DNA of 64,000 nt from Dicyema japonicum (lineage: Eukaryota > Animalia > Dicyemida). A program made the translations under genes and the position numbers. How positions within the stretch are numbered: position 1 is the first letter of the stretch; each line of letters opens with the position of its first letter. Under the pieces are notes generated by a model that was not told the origin of the DNA, did not search any database, and saw nothing but the letters and a program-made list of their open reading frames with translations. This document shows, piece by piece, positions 61,346-64,000 of this stretch. The DNA is taken from the NCBI GenBank assembly GCA_011109175.1, contig RDEW01000038.1:69616-133615 (forward strand). Reading direction: 5' to 3'.

Positions 61346-62772
61346 GTGGAGAAAAGTTCACGACGTTCTGTCACATGCCGTGCCGGCACTACGAATCCTC
61401 GGACTTGAAATAAACATAAAGAATCGGAGCTAATAAATATCACATACTCGGAGAGTGATTTTATCAACGTGGTCGAGTCTTTCAATTCGATACTACTGGA
61501 ATTACTGTAGTACCCAGAGCGGACATACTTTCTTGAATGCCCACTTGATGAAAAGGAACTGCGGAGCCATCTATAAACAAAAGAGATGAACTCTCTAGAG
61601 TCACGGAGAAACTCTCCTAACTCGAAGGTCATACAGCGTTCTTCCTTTTGAAGAATAGCATCGGCTTTCCCAAACTCATATATGCTCTCCAATGTTCTCC
61701 CTGCTTCAAACATCGTGACAACCTCCTGTCACTGGATAGGAATTGAGAAAATCAGCTGAATTGCTTCTAAACATCCACTTTGATGTGCCGAGTTGGAACC
61801 AATGCAAGCTTCCTACACGCCTAGGAGAACGGGTCTCAGGTCTGCGCGGAGATCGCCTTTCCAGCATATGTGTCATCGCTCTCAAGTGGAAGCCTTTTGG
61901 TCCAAGATATCCTACGTTTTCCAACCGGACTTTCTTGGGAAAGAGTCTTCGACGAAGCTCGTAGCGAATGGTATGAAACTGGTTTGGATATGCCGAACGA
62001 TCCTTTGAGGCAACATGAGTGGATGATATCTACTCCGAGAATATCTTCGACCAGCATCGTCTTGCATGTCTCGTGTCCGCCGCCAACCATGGGAGCGGAA
62101 CGTGGCTGGATGCACTCCCGTATTCCTCCCTGGGGACCCTTTTGGACGATGACTGTATTCGGATTGGGATTGCACAACGCCTGGGAGTTGATGTTTGCGT
62201 CGAACACCAATGTCGTTGTGGAGAGATCGTCGATACCAAAGGGCTACACCGCTCTCGTGCAAAAGGAGTGCGGGCAGAGCATCCCGCCATGCTACTATGA
62301 ACAACATTGTCATGCGAGCTCTTGAAGCGGCAGGCTTCCCGGCAGTACTGGAGCCTGTGGGATTTGACCGCGGAGATGTGGAAAAGACCGGATGGGTTAA
62401 CTATCTTTCCGTTCACTGAGGGAAAATCGCTCGTATGGGACTGCACTGTTGTGGATTCTTTCTCGAACTCGATGATACTCAGCTCGGCGCAGTCCGCTGA
62501 ATAGGCAGCCGATCTGGACGAGAAAATCAAGATTAAAAAATATGGCGAAATTGGAGACCGTTACCGTATTGTACCGGTGGCAATCGAGACGTCTGGTGCG
62601 GCCGGAAGTATTACAGTCTCTTTCCTAAAGGAAATCGGGGGAAATTGGCCCACCACAAGAAAGACGTGCGGGAAGCGGTCTGGCTGAGGCAACGAATTGG
62701 TATCGCAGTTGTCCGCGGAAACGCTTACTCCGTGATGTCAGCAGCCGCTTTCCCCCATAGTTAATAAATAAT
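61341..62772 (+). mobile_element. CRE-like non-LTR element, 5'-truncated within RT, with RLE and 3' end
   Basis: SVEKVHD..LGLEIN, FLLKNSIGFPKL, CRCG..GLH, RPDGLTIFPFTEGKSLVWDCTVVD, KKYG, VAIETSG, IAVVRGNA. Confidence 0.88.
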
Positions 62773-62863
62773 ATTTTGTTGTTAATAAATTTTTCACATG
62801 TTAAAAAAAATTTAGTAATTAAATTAACTATTGGTGTTCTTGGGTTAATAATAATTGAAAAAA

Positions 62864-63156
62864 TGGCGCCGTGTCATAAATGCCGGACAAAAAGGCCTGA
62901 TGGCCCCTAGTTCGAATCTCGCTGCTGTATATTCCGGCTAAAGGTTCCACGCATCTACGATGCTTTGGATTGACGAGTGACGCCGTCATCAGTGTATACT
63001 TCACTGTCCATAAAAGACTCACACAACAAAAAGAAAAAAAGTAGTAAAGAGCATTCTTTAGTTCTCCCTTTCTACGATTAGTTAGCATAAATATTCTTTA
63101 CATAAATAAAGTGCGTCCTGCCTATGCGGAGCTCTCATGAAAAGGCTGTTATTATA
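62864..63156 (+). mobile_element. Full-length S1 SINE with 11-bp TSD
   Basis: TSD aattgaaaaaa at 62853-62863 and 63157-63167; tggcgccgtg head, agttcgaatc B-box, RTE-type tail. Confidence 0.88.
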
Positions 63157-63459
63157 AATTGAAAAAAATATGAAAATAAAATCCTTGTCTATAAATATTC
63201 TTTTAAAAGAACATCATGAATATAGGAAAAGATTACTTGTCACATTCGTTAACTCATACTTTAAAAACCATTTTCACTTCTCACAGGTAGTCTGGCTCAC
63301 ATTCATGTAATTGAAAACACCTTCAAGGTTTTCGGATAGAAGATTTCCATTCGATCGATACCGTCGTCCTTCGCATAGTCCAAACTAGAAAAAACAAAAA
63401 AAAACGTGACACAGTCAGTAGACGTCAGTGACAAAATTTAAACCTAAATAAAGAAATCA

Positions 63460-64000
63460 TGTGTAACATTACAAAGCATATAAAAACGCTTGAAAGCTGT
63501 TCTGGAAAAACATCTCTTTCACCGCGATATGGTTTCAAGAAGTACTCTAAACACTTAAATTCAAACCGCAAGACAGATCCCAATGACCTTATGAAAGACT
63601 ATGTGAAAGCAGCTATAGACCACATTCCAAAAACTTGGATCTTTGTCCATGTTGTAAAAAAGGGATTTAAAAAATTTGCATAATTCTCTATGACCTATCC
63701 ACAGTGCATTCAGCCATCAGGAAATGAATAAATCGTCGTTCTAGGGATCAGACAACATCTTTTTTCTTAAACTAAAAGCCTGGGTTTATCCACGATAGAA
63801 GCAATAACTAAGATATTTAATTTTTCGTTGAACAAAAACAAGATTTCGTTGCTATGGAAGAAATCATTAAATTACCCTATTTTGAAAAAACAAACCACCC
63901 AGTTTTTCTCCTTCTATCGGCCGGTCTCCATCATCTGTGCGCTGTCACGTGTTTTAGAAAAACTGGTCCTTCAAAAGATCTGTCTGTCCAATGCACTTCC
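63460..64000 (+). mobile_element. Jockey/I-like LINE, start of RT, cut by window end
   Basis: tatcggccggtctccatcatctgtgcgctgtcacgtgttttagaaaaactg = YRPVSIICALSRVLEKL, as at 5340-5390. Confidence 0.7.

Noticed and set aside
61285-62530. Several long minus-strand ORFs (142, 124, 133, 166 aa)
   Set aside because: Shadow frames of the GC-richer plus-strand CRE-like element.
1-64000. CRISPR arrays, prokaryotic operons or a variant genetic code
   Set aside because: No regularly spaced repeats; the genes are spliced eukaryotic genes, and TAA, TAG and TGA all serve as terminators.

Overview
AT-rich eukaryotic nuclear DNA in the standard genetic code. It is animal-like (MAGUK, MAST kinase, CRP/MLP LIM protein). 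About 13 compact host genes are split by uniformly tiny GT-AG introns (about 21-27 nt), so the ORF track misses or mislabels most of them: MAGUK, MIIP, NUDCD1, MAST, CRP-like, COQ3, PPIL2, EXOSC3, a divergent 14-3-3, TOMM40, a double-PHD+SAM protein, UBL4A and CCDC77. Tiny introns, ciliary/centriolar genes and a short-V4 18S fragment point to a dicyemid-like parasite (inference, not verified). The rest is largely decayed non-LTR retroelements of four types (Jockey/I-like, RTE-like, CRE-like, R4/Dong-like), plus a TA-flanked MITE, a degenerate 18S copy and several short repeat families. The most interesting signal is a retroelement RNA system. Two short families (F1, F3) share a 5' head, then a roughly 62-nt module whose four helices follow the HDV-ribozyme double-pseudoknot order, then a covarying 3' stem-loop also found on Jockey/I-like LINE ends. 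A separate tRNA-like SINE (S1) carries the RTE 3' tail. Single-base indels in essential genes suggest assembly errors, so disablements should be read cautiously. Everything was read by eye; element boundaries without a TSD are approximate.
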